From: Spirochaetia bacterium
GTDB taxonomy: Bacteria; Spirochaetota; Spirochaetia; SZUA-6; Bin103
Length of the DNA: 64,000 nt
Reading direction: 5' to 3'
NCBI GenBank assembly: GCA_965208575.1
Contig: CBDBOV010000004.1
Span: 256,001-320,000 of the forward strand
Shown here: positions 9,198-17,812 of the stretch, piece by piece
Position numbering within the stretch: position 1 is the stretch's first letter
Layout: the number at the start of each line of letters is the position of its first letter
Position numbers and translations under genes: made by a program
The notes under the pieces: generated by a model
Seen by the model: only the letters and a program-made list of their open reading frames with translations
What the model was told of the DNA's origin: nothing
Databases searched by the model: none

Positions 9198-11031
9198 CTT
9201 GATCCCGGGTTACCGAGTACCACAGCGGGCGCCCGTGCGGACAGTGCTGCAGGTCGATGGCAAACGACTCCCGCGCTATGGCAGCCGCCGCATCGCGGTC
9301 CAGCACTTCGCCATCCTTGACCGCCAGTTTGCACGCGACGTCGGCAAGCACGGCGCGCTCCAGATCCGCTCCGCTGCCCCGCACTCCGGCGACGTACTCC
9401 CGGAGCCACCGTGCCGGTAGTTGATGCAGCGGTTCGGCCAGTGCCGTGATGCGTCGCGGCCGGCCCTTCTCCAGCTCTACCACGATGCCGACCCCGACGA
9501 GCAGGTCGCGCGCCTCGTGCAGCGCATCGGCGGATTCCGGCTCCAGGTCGAGTTCGATGGGGAGCAGCAACTGCTGGATGGCGAACGAGCGCCGGCGGAG
9601 GCGCTCGTAGAGCACCCGTTCGTGGGCCGCGTGCTGATCGACGAAATACAGGGTCCGTCCGATCTCGACGAGCAGAAACGTGCCGAGTGACTGGCCGATG
9701 TAGCGGATGCCGGCGCTCCGGTCCGGGAGCGAGATGCCGTCGTCGGCAGCGGAGGGTCCGGGTGTGATCACCCCGGGCGTGCCCGCCGTGGCGACATGCG
9801 CCGCGGAGTCAGGCCCCGGCCCGGTTGAGTGGACGGTCCCCGCGCCGGCGCCGCTTGCCGGGTTTCCGGCCACGTACGGACGGGCGGGATCCGCAACCGT
9901 GGCAGGCGGTCGGGCGGGGCCGGGGAAGGCGCGGCCATCGCGGCCGGTGAGCGGCAAGGACTCCGGCCCGCCCTGCTGCGCCGGCAACGGCGATCGGTGG
10001 CCGAACCGAACCACCGCTTGTTGCACGAGTCGTACCACCGCCTGGTGGAGCGGCGCCAGGTTTCGAAAGCGCGCCTCCCGTTTCGCGGGATGCACGTTGA
10101 AGTCCACGAGATGGGGAGCAATCTCCACGAACAGGCAGGCAACCGGGTGTCTGCCGCCCGCGAGGATCGCGCCGTAGCCGTACTCGAGCGCCTGCACAAG
10201 CCCGAACTGCTGGATCCGCCGGCGGTTCACGAACACCATGAGCCGCGCGCGGTCGCGGCGTGCCAGCTCCGGGCGCGCGCCGATTGCCGCAACCCGAAAC
10301 TCGGCATAGTCGCGCCGCGCCTCGAACAGGTCATCCGGCATCACCGGGCTGCCGAGCACGTCCGCAACCCGGTCGCGCAGCCCGGCGGAGGCCAGGGTGG
10401 TGTCCGCCTCGCCGTCCACGGAGAGGCGCAATGTCACTCCCGGATGAGCGAGCGCCTTCTCCAGCACCATGCGCCGGCACAGGGTGGTCTCGGTGCCGGG
10501 CCGGCGCAGGAAGCGGCGCCGGCCCGGCATGTCGGCGAACAACCGGGTTACCTGAACGCGGGTACCCGGCGCCGCCGCCGCCGCGCTGATGCGCCGCTCG
10601 CGGCTGTCGGCAACCAGGCGCGCCGCCGTCGTTGCCGTGCGCGTACGGGTAACCACTTCGAGGCGTGCGCATGCCGCGATGCTCGCCAGTGCCTCGCCGC
10701 GGAATCCGAGGGTGGTGGCATGCAGCAGGTCGTGCTCATTGCTGATCTTGGAGGTCGCGTGGCGCAGACCGGTCCGTTGCAGTTCGGATCGCGCTATGCC
10801 ACGGCCGTTGTCATGCACGGAGATCTGACCAAGGCCGCCCGAGTCGAGTTGCACGTCGATCTCGCTTGCGCCGGCGTCGAGCGCGTTGTCGATCAGCTCG
10901 CGTACGATCGAGAACGGGCGTTCGATTACCTCGCCGGCGGCAATGCGGGCGGCAACGTCGGCGTCGAGCACGCGGATGGCACCGGGTGCACGCGCCTGCC
11001 GGCCGCCGCCGCCGGACGCTGCCGCCGGCAT
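9163..11031 (-). CDS. mutL: DNA mismatch repair protein MutL
   Basis: 'IAAGEVIERP', 'GFRGEALASI', 'DFNVHPAKRE', endonuclease 'DQHAAHERV', 'ACK', 'CPHGRP'; start estimated. Confidence 0.97.
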   Translation of the reverse strand: MPAAASGGGGRQARAPGAIRVLDADVAARIAAGEVIERPFSIVRELIDNALDAGASEIDVQLDSGGLGQISVHDNGRGIARSELQRTGLRHATSKISNEHDLLHATTLGFRGEALASIAACARLEVVTRTRTATTAARLVADSRERRISAAAAAPGTRVQVTRLFADMPGRRRFLRRPGTETTLCRRMVLEKALAHPGVTLRLSVDGEADTTLASAGLRDRVADVLGSPVMPDDLFEARRDYAEFRVAAIGARPELARRDRARLMVFVNRRRIQQFGLVQALEYGYGAILAGGRHPVACLFVEIAPHLVDFNVHPAKREARFRNLAPLHQAVVRLVQQAVVRFGHRSPLPAQQGGPESLPLTGRDGRAFPGPARPPATVADPARPYVAGNPASGAGAGTVHSTGPGPDSAAHVATAGTPGVITPGPSAADDGISLPDRSAGIRYIGQSLGTFLLVEIGRTLYFVDQHAAHERVLYERLRRRSFAIQQLLLPIELDLEPESADALHEARDLLVGVGIVVELEKGRPRRITALAEPLHQLPARWLREYVAGVRGSGADLERAVLADVACKLAVKDGEVLDRDAAAAIARESFAIDLQHCPHGRPLWYSVTRDQVSAQVGRQSSR

Positions 11032-11060
11032 CACTTCGGCTCCGCCGCCGCCGGCAGCGC

Positions 11061-11069
11061 TGTTATACT
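11061..11069. promoter_or_regulatory. Extended -10 element, possibly bidirectional (DUF503 / mutL)
   Basis: TGtTATACT on the + strand; the same bases read TATAAC on the - strand; lies in the 55-bp divergent gap. Confidence 0.5.
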
Positions 11070-11086
11070 GGCCACGAGAAAGCTGC

Positions 11087-11374
11087 ATGGTTGTGTCGAT
11101 GCTGCACCTGACTGTCGATCTCCCCGGCGTGGGTTCGCTGAAGGAAAAGCGCCGTGTGATCGGATCGTTGAAAGAAAGGATTCGTCACAAGTACAGGGTA
11201 TCAATTGCCGAGGTGGGCACCAATGACCTGTGGAACGTTGCCGAAATCGGGTGCGCGGTGGTATCCAATTCGCATACGTTCGGTGAGTCAGTGTTGCACA
11301 AGGTGATCGGTTACGCCGAGGAGCACCTGGCCTACCCGATCCGCAGCGCACAGGTGTTTTCCGAACACTACTGA
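11087..11374 (+). CDS. DUF503 (YlxP-like) protein
   Basis: 'SLKEKRRVIGSLKERIRHKYRVSIAEVG' signature. Confidence 0.9.
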   Translation: MVVSMLHLTVDLPGVGSLKEKRRVIGSLKERIRHKYRVSIAEVGTNDLWNVAEIGCAVVSNSHTFGESVLHKVIGYAEEHLAYPIRSAQVFSEHY

Positions 11375-11379
11375 GAGGG

Positions 11380-12153
11380 GTGCGCCCGGTGCTGCGCGGG
11401 CGGGGCCGGCGCGCGGCAGTTGAACGGCGGCGGGTATTCTGGTACCTATCGAGTGTGTCGCTGACGAGCGTTGTGCGGCTTGCGGTGGCGGTTCTGACTG
11501 CGGCGCTGCTGTCGAGCTGCAACGGAGACGATTCCCAGGCCTCGCCGGCCGCGGAGCGGACGGCGGCGGCGGAAGGCGGCGCCGAAACCAGCGATGGCAG
11601 CTTGCAAGCGGCGGCCGGGTCCGATTCCGCGCAGCCGCCCTCCGCGTCCGGGGCGGAGCTGGATGCGTGGTTCCTCCACCGGAGTGCGCCCCGCCTGCTG
11701 CCACACGACTACGAGATCGGGCCATTGCAGGATCTGCTTGCGGCCGGGGGTACCGAACGCGAGGTGCTGGACACCCTGCTGTCGTTTCTCGGCTCGCTCG
11801 CCGAGGGGAAGATAGCGGAAGCGGCTCTTGCTTCGGAACGCCGGCAAAGCCTGTCCAGGTCGTTGCGGTTCCACGTGCGTGACGGGCGGTTGCCGCACGC
11901 GGCACGGATCGGTGCGGTGACTGTCACGGAAGACCAGGTATACGTCGCCCTGCGCCTGTTCGGCGAACCCGGCCGGGTGGCGGGAGAGGCATACCTGGAA
12001 GCCACGCCCGACGGGTGGCGCATTGCCGACCTGCAACTTGACCTGCATCGGCTGGCACAGCCGTACCAGGTAGCGGCGGAGTTCGAGCCGAGTGCCGCAC
12101 GCTGGCTGCTCCTGAGAAACAACAATCAGGCGGCCTCCGGGACAAGCTCATAA
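11380..12153 (+). CDS. Hypothetical lipoprotein with C-terminus altered by IS insertion
   Basis: Lipobox-like 'LLSSC'; the last 12 residues are read from IS sequence; true start probably downstream. Confidence 0.7.
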   Translation: MRPVLRGRGRRAAVERRRVFWYLSSVSLTSVVRLAVAVLTAALLSSCNGDDSQASPAAERTAAAEGGAETSDGSLQAAAGSDSAQPPSASGAELDAWFLHRSAPRLLPHDYEIGPLQDLLAAGGTEREVLDTLLSFLGSLAEGKIAEAALASERRQSLSRSLRFHVRDGRLPHAARIGAVTVTEDQVYVALRLFGEPGRVAGEAYLEATPDGWRIADLQLDLHRLAQPYQVAAEFEPSAARWLLLRNNNQAASGTSS

Positions 12154-13514
12154 CCGAGTGCGTGTGCCTGCCTTCGGAGCCGGCGTTCAAAGCGGCGCCG
12201 GTCCTGGCGCTCCTCGGCGGCGAGGATGCTGTCATCGTAGGCCACGCGATGCGTGATCAGATGGTAGATGATCCGAGCCAGTTTATGCGCGACTGCAGTG
12301 GTCGCTTCGGGAGTACCCAGACGCGCCCGCATGCGGCGGAAGTGCTGGCCCAGGGCCGATGGGCTGCGGTACAACGACTGGGTCGCCCAGTGCAGCGCCT
12401 GGGCGGCCCGATTGGTGCCCCGACCGGTGTGCGAGCTGATGATCTTGCCGCCGGTGATCTGGTTGTGGGGGCACAGGTGCAGCCAGGAGGCGAATTGCGG
12501 TGCGGTCGGAAAGCGGGACAGTTCCGGGCCGAGTTCGGTGAACAGAACCAGCGCCGTACTTTCGCCGATGCCGGGAATCAGCGTCAGGTCAGTGCCGAAC
12601 AGGTGCGTAAGGTGGCCGCGCAGGTCGAACCGCTTGGCCGGTGACTCGGTTGGCGCCTCGGGCTCCGCATCGATTCCCTCATCCGGTGGGTCGTCGCCCA
12701 CCGCGCCGGGTGGCTCGCTGCTGGCTTCGAACGCGCGGATGCCGGCTTCGATTTCCTGATCGCACTCCGTGATGAGTTGTTGGTAGTGGGCATAGGTCGC
12801 TCGCGCGTGCCGCAACGCCAACAGGTGCTCGGCGCGCCAGTCGCCCTGCAGCGCCTTGATCAAGGTCTCGCGGCTGGCTTTGATCCGCCGGTCGGCCAGA
12901 GCGGCCAACCGCGCCGGATCCCGCTCACCCGCCAGGATAGCGTCCGTAATGGCCAGACCGGTCGTCCCCGTCAGGTCAGAGATGGCATGGTGCAGATGCA
13001 CGTTCATCTGGCTGTACGCCTTCTGCATGTGCAACACGCTGCGCGACGCCATCTTGATCAAGGTGTCGCGATGGCGCAGCACCGAGCGCAGTGCACACAC
13101 CTCGTCGGCAGGGCGGAATGAGCCGCGCAGCAATCCCACCGAGTGCAGGTAGCGCAACCACTCGCAGTCGGCCACGTCGGACTTCCGACCGGGTACCGAG
13201 TGCACGTGACGCGCATTCACCAGCACCACGTCGAAGCCGTGTGCCTCCAGGATCTGATACACCGGAATCCAGTACACACCGGTGGACTCCATCGCCACCG
13301 TGGTGACCTCGCATTCCTTGAGCCAGTCGGCCAAGGCGTGCAGGTCCGCGGTGAACGTAGCAAAGTTCCGGATCGGGTCCGGGTCGCGCTCCGGGCGCAC
13401 AGCCGCGTACACCTCGGTAGCGCCTATGTCCAAGCCGGCAGCGTCCGGGTGCATCACCTTTGGTTGCGCTGTGCGACTGCCCTTGCCCTTGCGTCTGTGT
13501 CTGCGTCGTGCCAT
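12126..13514 (-). CDS. IS110-family DEDD transposase/recombinase
   Basis: RuvC-like DEDD residues in GLDIG, MESTGVYW, KSDVADC; Transposase_20 region 'IPGIG...FASWLHLCP...TGG', 'AVAHKLARIIY'; GGAGG RBS before ATG 13514. Confidence 0.97.
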   Translation of the reverse strand: MARRRHRRKGKGSRTAQPKVMHPDAAGLDIGATEVYAAVRPERDPDPIRNFATFTADLHALADWLKECEVTTVAMESTGVYWIPVYQILEAHGFDVVLVNARHVHSVPGRKSDVADCEWLRYLHSVGLLRGSFRPADEVCALRSVLRHRDTLIKMASRSVLHMQKAYSQMNVHLHHAISDLTGTTGLAITDAILAGERDPARLAALADRRIKASRETLIKALQGDWRAEHLLALRHARATYAHYQQLITECDQEIEAGIRAFEASSEPPGAVGDDPPDEGIDAEPEAPTESPAKRFDLRGHLTHLFGTDLTLIPGIGESTALVLFTELGPELSRFPTAPQFASWLHLCPHNQITGGKIISSHTGRGTNRAAQALHWATQSLYRSPSALGQHFRRMRARLGTPEATTAVAHKLARIIYHLITHRVAYDDSILAAEERQDRRRFERRLRRQAHALGYELVPEAA

Positions 13515-13530
13515 GAAACCTCCGCTACGA

Positions 13531-13717
13531 CTGAGTGGTGCGGCCAAGGCGTGTGTAGCAGGTATTCTCCTGAACGGGATGATCGCCACCCGGCCGCGCC
13601 GGCTGACAACCTCACCAATGACTACGCCACCCGCCCCGGGGCCAAGCTCTTGAACGGGTTCGCAGAACGTAACGCCAGTGACGCGCCGGCCTACTTTCGC
13701 GCTCCACCCAGAACTCT
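13531..13717 (-). ncRNA. Candidate IS110 bridge/seek RNA
   Basis: Upstream non-coding end of the IS; TATAGT -10 at 13724-13729(-); closing stem 13700-13711 with 13531-13542; nested hairpins; two repeated modules. Confidence 0.65.
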
Positions 13718-13792
13718 GCCCACACTATAGCTCACCCTTGTTTCTTTCATGACTGCGCCGGCCCAGGGGCCGGTGGGATAGCTCTTGAGTCC

Positions 13793-15100
13793 GTGATCGG
13801 GAGGTGGCGCCGACCGCACGCGGCCGGTGTGCTGGTGTTGCTCCTGGCTGCCGGTGCGGCGCCGCTCGCGGCACAGGTGCCGCGCGCCCCGCACGCGGCG
13901 CAGGGCCCGCCGGCGGCGGAAGGCGACCAGGTGTCTGCACCGGCGGAAATAGACCGATTGGCGGCGCGCGCCGCGCTCTTGCTGCACCGGCAGGTGCCGG
14001 ATCGAGCCGGCGCAACCATCTGGCTGCTTCCCTTCCTGACCGACACGGGGGTACCGACGCGCCTCGGTCACCGCCTGCAGAGCGCCGTGCACCTGCGGCT
14101 GCTGCGTCACTATCGCTCAGCGGAGATACGGGTCGTGGAGCGGCGGCCGATTGCCGGCGTTGCACCGGCGACCGGCGCACTGCCCGCCGGCGCCGCGTCG
14201 GCGGCTCATGCGCTGGAGTTGGAGATGCAGCCGTTTCGCGACATCCTGAGGGTAGTCCTGCGGGTCCGCAGTTCGGGTATGGTGAGTGACGGCGAATGGA
14301 TCGACCTGCCGGTCAACGAGGAACTGTGGGAGTTGCTCGACGGCGCGGAGGCCGGCGTGCCTCGTTCCGGCGACCTGCCATCCACCGCGGCGGGCGTTGA
14401 ACCGGAAGCATCGCGGACCCCCCTGCCGGCCGCGATCTCGGTCGACCAGGGCCAGCACCGGTACACCTCGGCGGGTGAGGACTGGGTTGCTCTGCAGATC
14501 CCCGCTCCCGGATTCTACCTGCTCGAGGGGCGCTCCTTCGCCGGTCCCCTGGCGGTGTCCCTGCACTACGACCGCCGCGGCGCGCCGGTAGTGACGGGGC
14601 GGGCAGACGCACCCTCCCCTGCCGGCCGCGATCCCGAAGGACTGCCCCGGGGCGTGGATAGCAAGCTCGGGATCTTCTCGGGACTGCGGAAAAGCTACGC
14701 TCGCGTCAGCACGACAACCGGTGACGAGGTGGCGTATTACCTGCGCTTGCGTCCGCTGGACGCCGAGCGCCGCTTCGCCGACGGAACTGCACATGAGGTT
14801 CCGCTCGAGCGCGGCACCGGGTTCCAGACGCTGCGCGTGTTTCGCTCCGGCTCGTACCGGGTGGTTGTCGAAGCCGGCGCCGGCGAAGCCGAGCTGCGCG
14901 TGTTCGGCGTACCGCACATGCGTTCCGTGGCACCGGTCTCCGGAGCGCAACCCGCGGAGCGCGGTTCCACCGGAGCGGGCGGGCAGCGATACGAGCTTGC
15001 AGCCGGAGACTACCTCATCGAGGTGACGTCGGCCCCGGCGGCGCGCACGGCCCGGTTGTGCTGGGCGGCATCCGACTCGTCCGCCCGCTGCGCAGGTTGA
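13793..15100 (+). CDS. Exported hypothetical protein
   Basis: Signal peptide ('AAPLAA|Q'); beta-rich C-terminal repeats (PGFYLLE, SGSYRVVV, AGDYLIEV) resembling PPC-type domains. Confidence 0.6.
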   Translation: MIGRWRRPHAAGVLVLLLAAGAAPLAAQVPRAPHAAQGPPAAEGDQVSAPAEIDRLAARAALLLHRQVPDRAGATIWLLPFLTDTGVPTRLGHRLQSAVHLRLLRHYRSAEIRVVERRPIAGVAPATGALPAGAASAAHALELEMQPFRDILRVVLRVRSSGMVSDGEWIDLPVNEELWELLDGAEAGVPRSGDLPSTAAGVEPEASRTPLPAAISVDQGQHRYTSAGEDWVALQIPAPGFYLLEGRSFAGPLAVSLHYDRRGAPVVTGRADAPSPAGRDPEGLPRGVDSKLGIFSGLRKSYARVSTTTGDEVAYYLRLRPLDAERRFADGTAHEVPLERGTGFQTLRVFRSGSYRVVVEAGAGEAELRVFGVPHMRSVAPVSGAQPAERGSTGAGGQRYELAAGDYLIEVTSAPAARTARLCWAASDSSARCAG

Positions 15101-15128
15101 CAGCGGACTCCGACAGCGGTAACTATAC

Positions 15129-15473
15129 GTGGTCCATCACGTAACGAATTCGGAGCAGCGCTTGACGTCATACGAGGCTACATTCGTGTTTCTCCCGGAC
15201 GCGGAGTCCGTGGAGCGAGGTAAGCAGGCAGTGCAAGGCATGTTTGCCAAATCCGGCGTAGAGATTGCCGGTGAGGACGACATCGGAGAGCGGGTGCTCG
15301 CTTATCCAATCAGGAAGCGGGACCGGGGATACTACCTCCTCTACGAAATCGAGTCCGATCCACAGAACGTGCAGGGGCTCTATCAGGCTGCCGGGCTGAT
15401 TCCCGACATTCTGAAGTGCTTCATCGTGCATCGCGTTCCCACCGTCGCGCCATCCGCTGCGCAGACGGGATAG
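15129..15473 (+). CDS. rpsF: 30S ribosomal protein S6
   Basis: 'YEATFVF', 'GERVLAYPIRKRDRGYY'; precedes ssb-rpsR; start may be TTG 15162. Confidence 0.9.
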   Translation: MVHHVTNSEQRLTSYEATFVFLPDAESVERGKQAVQGMFAKSGVEIAGEDDIGERVLAYPIRKRDRGYYLLYEIESDPQNVQGLYQAAGLIPDILKCFIVHRVPTVAPSAAQTG

Positions 15474-15485
15474 GGGGAGAGGGAA

Positions 15486-15914
15486 ATGGCTGACATCAAT
15501 CACGTCACGCTGGTGGGACGGCTCACGCGCGACGCCGAACTGAAGTACACCAACTCCGGCCAGGCGGTTTCCAATATCGGCATCGCCATCAATCAGCGGC
15601 GCCGGCGGGATGATCAGTGGGTCGACGAGGCGCATTTCTTCGACTGCGTGGTATGGGGCAAGACGGCCGAGGCTCTCAATCCCTATCTGGTCAAGGGCAA
15701 GCAGGTCGGCATCGAAGGTCAGCTTCGCCAGAGTCGATGGGAGCAGGATGGCCGGACCCGTAGCCGGGTGGAGATTTCCGTCAATAATCTCCAGTTGCTC
15801 GGCGGACGCAACGACGGCGTCGCGCCTCGGGACGACGGTCCCGTGGGGCGCGCCGCGCCCCCGCGCGGCGGCCTGCCGGCGGCGGATGACTTCGACGACG
15901 ACATACCGTTCTAA
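15486..15914 (+). CDS. ssb: Single-stranded DNA-binding protein
   Basis: 'NHVTLVGRLTRDAEL', C-terminal DFDDDIPF. Confidence 0.98.
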   Translation: MADINHVTLVGRLTRDAELKYTNSGQAVSNIGIAINQRRRRDDQWVDEAHFFDCVVWGKTAEALNPYLVKGKQVGIEGQLRQSRWEQDGRTRSRVEISVNNLQLLGGRNDGVAPRDDGPVGRAAPPRGGLPAADDFDDDIPF

Positions 15915-15935
15915 CGATTATGAGGATCCTTATTC

Positions 15936-16280
15936 ATGTCTGACACCACTCCCTCCGCGCCGGAGGCACCGCTCGGGTCATCCGCACCCCCGACACCGTA
16001 TGCGACGGGCGGCATCCGTGAACGGCGCGACGGGCGGGTCCGCACTCGTCCGGGCCGCCCGTTCTATCGCAAGAAGTTCTGCAAGTTCTGCGCCCGCAGT
16101 TCCAACGGAGTGGTCATCATCGACTACAAGGATACGGACACCCTGCGCCGCTATACGACCGATCGAGGCAAGATTCTGCCTCGCCGCGTAACCGGCAACT
16201 GCGCCAAGTGCCAGCGGAAGGTCTCGGCGGCGATCAAGCGCGCTCGTGCACTGGCGCTGCTTCCGTTTACGGCGCAATAA
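15936..16280 (+). CDS. rpsR: 30S ribosomal protein S18
   Basis: 'CKFC', 'IDYKD', '[10 protein letters not shown]', '[13 protein letters not shown]'. Confidence 0.97.
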   Translation: MSDTTPSAPEAPLGSSAPPTPYATGGIRERRDGRVRTRPGRPFYRKKFCKFCARSSNGVVIIDYKDTDTLRRYTTDRGKILPRRVTGNCAKCQRKVSAAIKRARALALLPFTAQ

Positions 16281-16322
16281 CCCGTCTGCCGGCGAAACAC
16301 CGCGGCTGGTGGCGCGCGCCAC

Positions 16323-17339
16323 ATGAGTAGCCAGGGCGTACCGAACCGCGTCTGGATAGAGGTCGGGGTATTCGCCGCGGTGGCGCTCGGGTTGTATCTC
16401 CTTACGCCGGGCGTGTTCCTGTTCCTGGTTCCCTTGCAGATGCTCGCCATTCGGCGTGGCAGCAGCGCATTCAATCTTGCCGCGCTCCTGCTGGTGTTGC
16501 TGGCGGCGGTGGTGGAGTTGGCGATGGCCGGCTGGCGCAGCGACATGCCGGCGGAAGAAGGCTACCTGCGCGACATAGGTCTGTTTCTTTCGGCGCTCCT
16601 GCTCGGCGGCCTGTGGCTGGTGAACCAGCCGCGCGTGCTGCCATACCGCAACCTGCTGCGCATTCTCATCGCGACCGGCGCCGCCGGTCTGGTCGCGGTA
16701 CCATTTGTCGGAGGATTGGCGAGCGACCCCGAATTCGTGCCGACCATGCGCGACTACATAGCCGGGCAGCCGATCCTGCGCCTGGGCATCGCCCCGGCCG
16801 ACGTGTCCGGCGTAAGCGGCGCGCCTGCCGTAACCAGCGAGCAGATCGACCTGTTCATCGACACGGTCGGCATGGTGCTGCTGCGCGGCGTCCTGTTCGT
16901 GTACATGGTGTACCTGATGGCGGCGTGGTGGCTGGGCTCGCTGTGGGGGGCGCGCACCATCGGCATGCGGTCGCCCATAGGTCGCCTGTTGACGTTCCGT
17001 CTGGAGCCCTGGAGCATCTGGGCACTGCTGCTGAGCGGCGCGGCGGTACTGGGCGACGCACTCGGCGACCTTGGCGTGCTCGGATACGTCGGGTGGAACG
17101 TATTCTCGGTGTTCCTCCTGCTGTTTGCGCTCCAGGGAATCGGTGTATTGCAGTGGCTGTTCAGACGGTATAATGTTCCCGGCCCGATGCGGGTAGTGAT
17201 CGGCGTGGCGATGGTGTTCATGCTGTTCCGTTCGGTCCTCACCTTCGTACCGGTGTTTGGGTTGCCGCTGCTCGGATTGTCCGAAATATGGATCGACTTC
17301 AAGCGTCCGAAGCCGGGCCAACAGAACGACGTCACCTGA
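16323..17339 (+). CDS. DUF2232 (YybS-like) membrane protein
   Basis: Multi-TM protein with 'LQGIGV' and 'GLSEIWIDFKR'; conserved position between rpsR and rplI. Confidence 0.75.
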   Translation: MSSQGVPNRVWIEVGVFAAVALGLYLLTPGVFLFLVPLQMLAIRRGSSAFNLAALLLVLLAAVVELAMAGWRSDMPAEEGYLRDIGLFLSALLLGGLWLVNQPRVLPYRNLLRILIATGAAGLVAVPFVGGLASDPEFVPTMRDYIAGQPILRLGIAPADVSGVSGAPAVTSEQIDLFIDTVGMVLLRGVLFVYMVYLMAAWWLGSLWGARTIGMRSPIGRLLTFRLEPWSIWALLLSGAAVLGDALGDLGVLGYVGWNVFSVFLLLFALQGIGVLQWLFRRYNVPGPMRVVIGVAMVFMLFRSVLTFVPVFGLPLLGLSEIWIDFKRPKPGQQNDVT

Positions 17340-17354
17340 CGACAGGAGCAAGTA

Positions 17355-17807
17355 GTGAAAGTGATACTGCAGCAGGATGTGCCGGGCCTCGGCGAAGAGG
17401 GCGACGTGTGCGAGGTAGCCACCGGCTACGCGCGCAACTTCCTGTTTCGTACCCGGGCGGCGCTGCCCCATACCACCCAGGCGATGACTCTGCTCGAGCA
17501 TCGCCGGGAGGGTATCGAGCGCCGCAAGGAAGAGAAACGCGCCGGCGCGGCCGGCCTCCGCGAGCGGCTCGAGAACGAGGAGCTGACCTTCCAGATGACC
17601 GCCGGGGCGAGCGGCAAGCTGTTCGGCTCGATCACGAACGTGGCAATAGCCGGTGAACTGGAGCGGCGTGGATACGACGTGGATCGCCGCCGCATCGAGG
17701 TGCCGGACCATTCGCTGAAGATGATCGGCGACCACACGGTCCGAATCCGGCTCTACGAGAACCAGTCAGCAAACGTGAAGGTTGTCATCGAAGCTGACCA
17801 GGAATAG
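17355..17807 (+). CDS. rplI: 50S ribosomal protein L9
   Basis: 'MKVILQQDVPGLGEEG', 'GYARNFL', 'GKLFGSIT'. Confidence 0.98.
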   Translation: MKVILQQDVPGLGEEGDVCEVATGYARNFLFRTRAALPHTTQAMTLLEHRREGIERRKEEKRAGAAGLRERLENEELTFQMTAGASGKLFGSITNVAIAGELERRGYDVDRRRIEVPDHSLKMIGDHTVRIRLYENQSANVKVVIEADQE

Positions 17808-17812
17808 CTGGC

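Larger units (their letters stand above)
12113..13752 (-). mobile_element. IS110-family insertion sequence (~1.64 kb)
   Basis: TGA core at 12113-12115 and 13750-13752; subterminal IR AGAAACAA (12115-12122) / TTGTTTCT (13738-13745); excision restores the host ORF; long 5' and very short 3' non-coding ends. Confidence 0.85.

Noticed and set aside
13515-13589. ORF-track N-terminal extension of the transposase from 13589
   Set aside because: ATG 13514 has a GGAGG RBS; the extension overlaps the predicted structured RNA
12116-13752. Circle-junction promoter formed from a right-end -35 and the left-end TATAGT
   Set aside because: The right-end TTGTTT would be 24 bp from the -10; the hexamer at 17 bp (TCATGA) is the same in linear and circular forms
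15097-15126. Promoter for the rpsF operon
   Set aside because: Perfect TTGACA, but no good -10 at 16-18 bp spacing; not enough support to call
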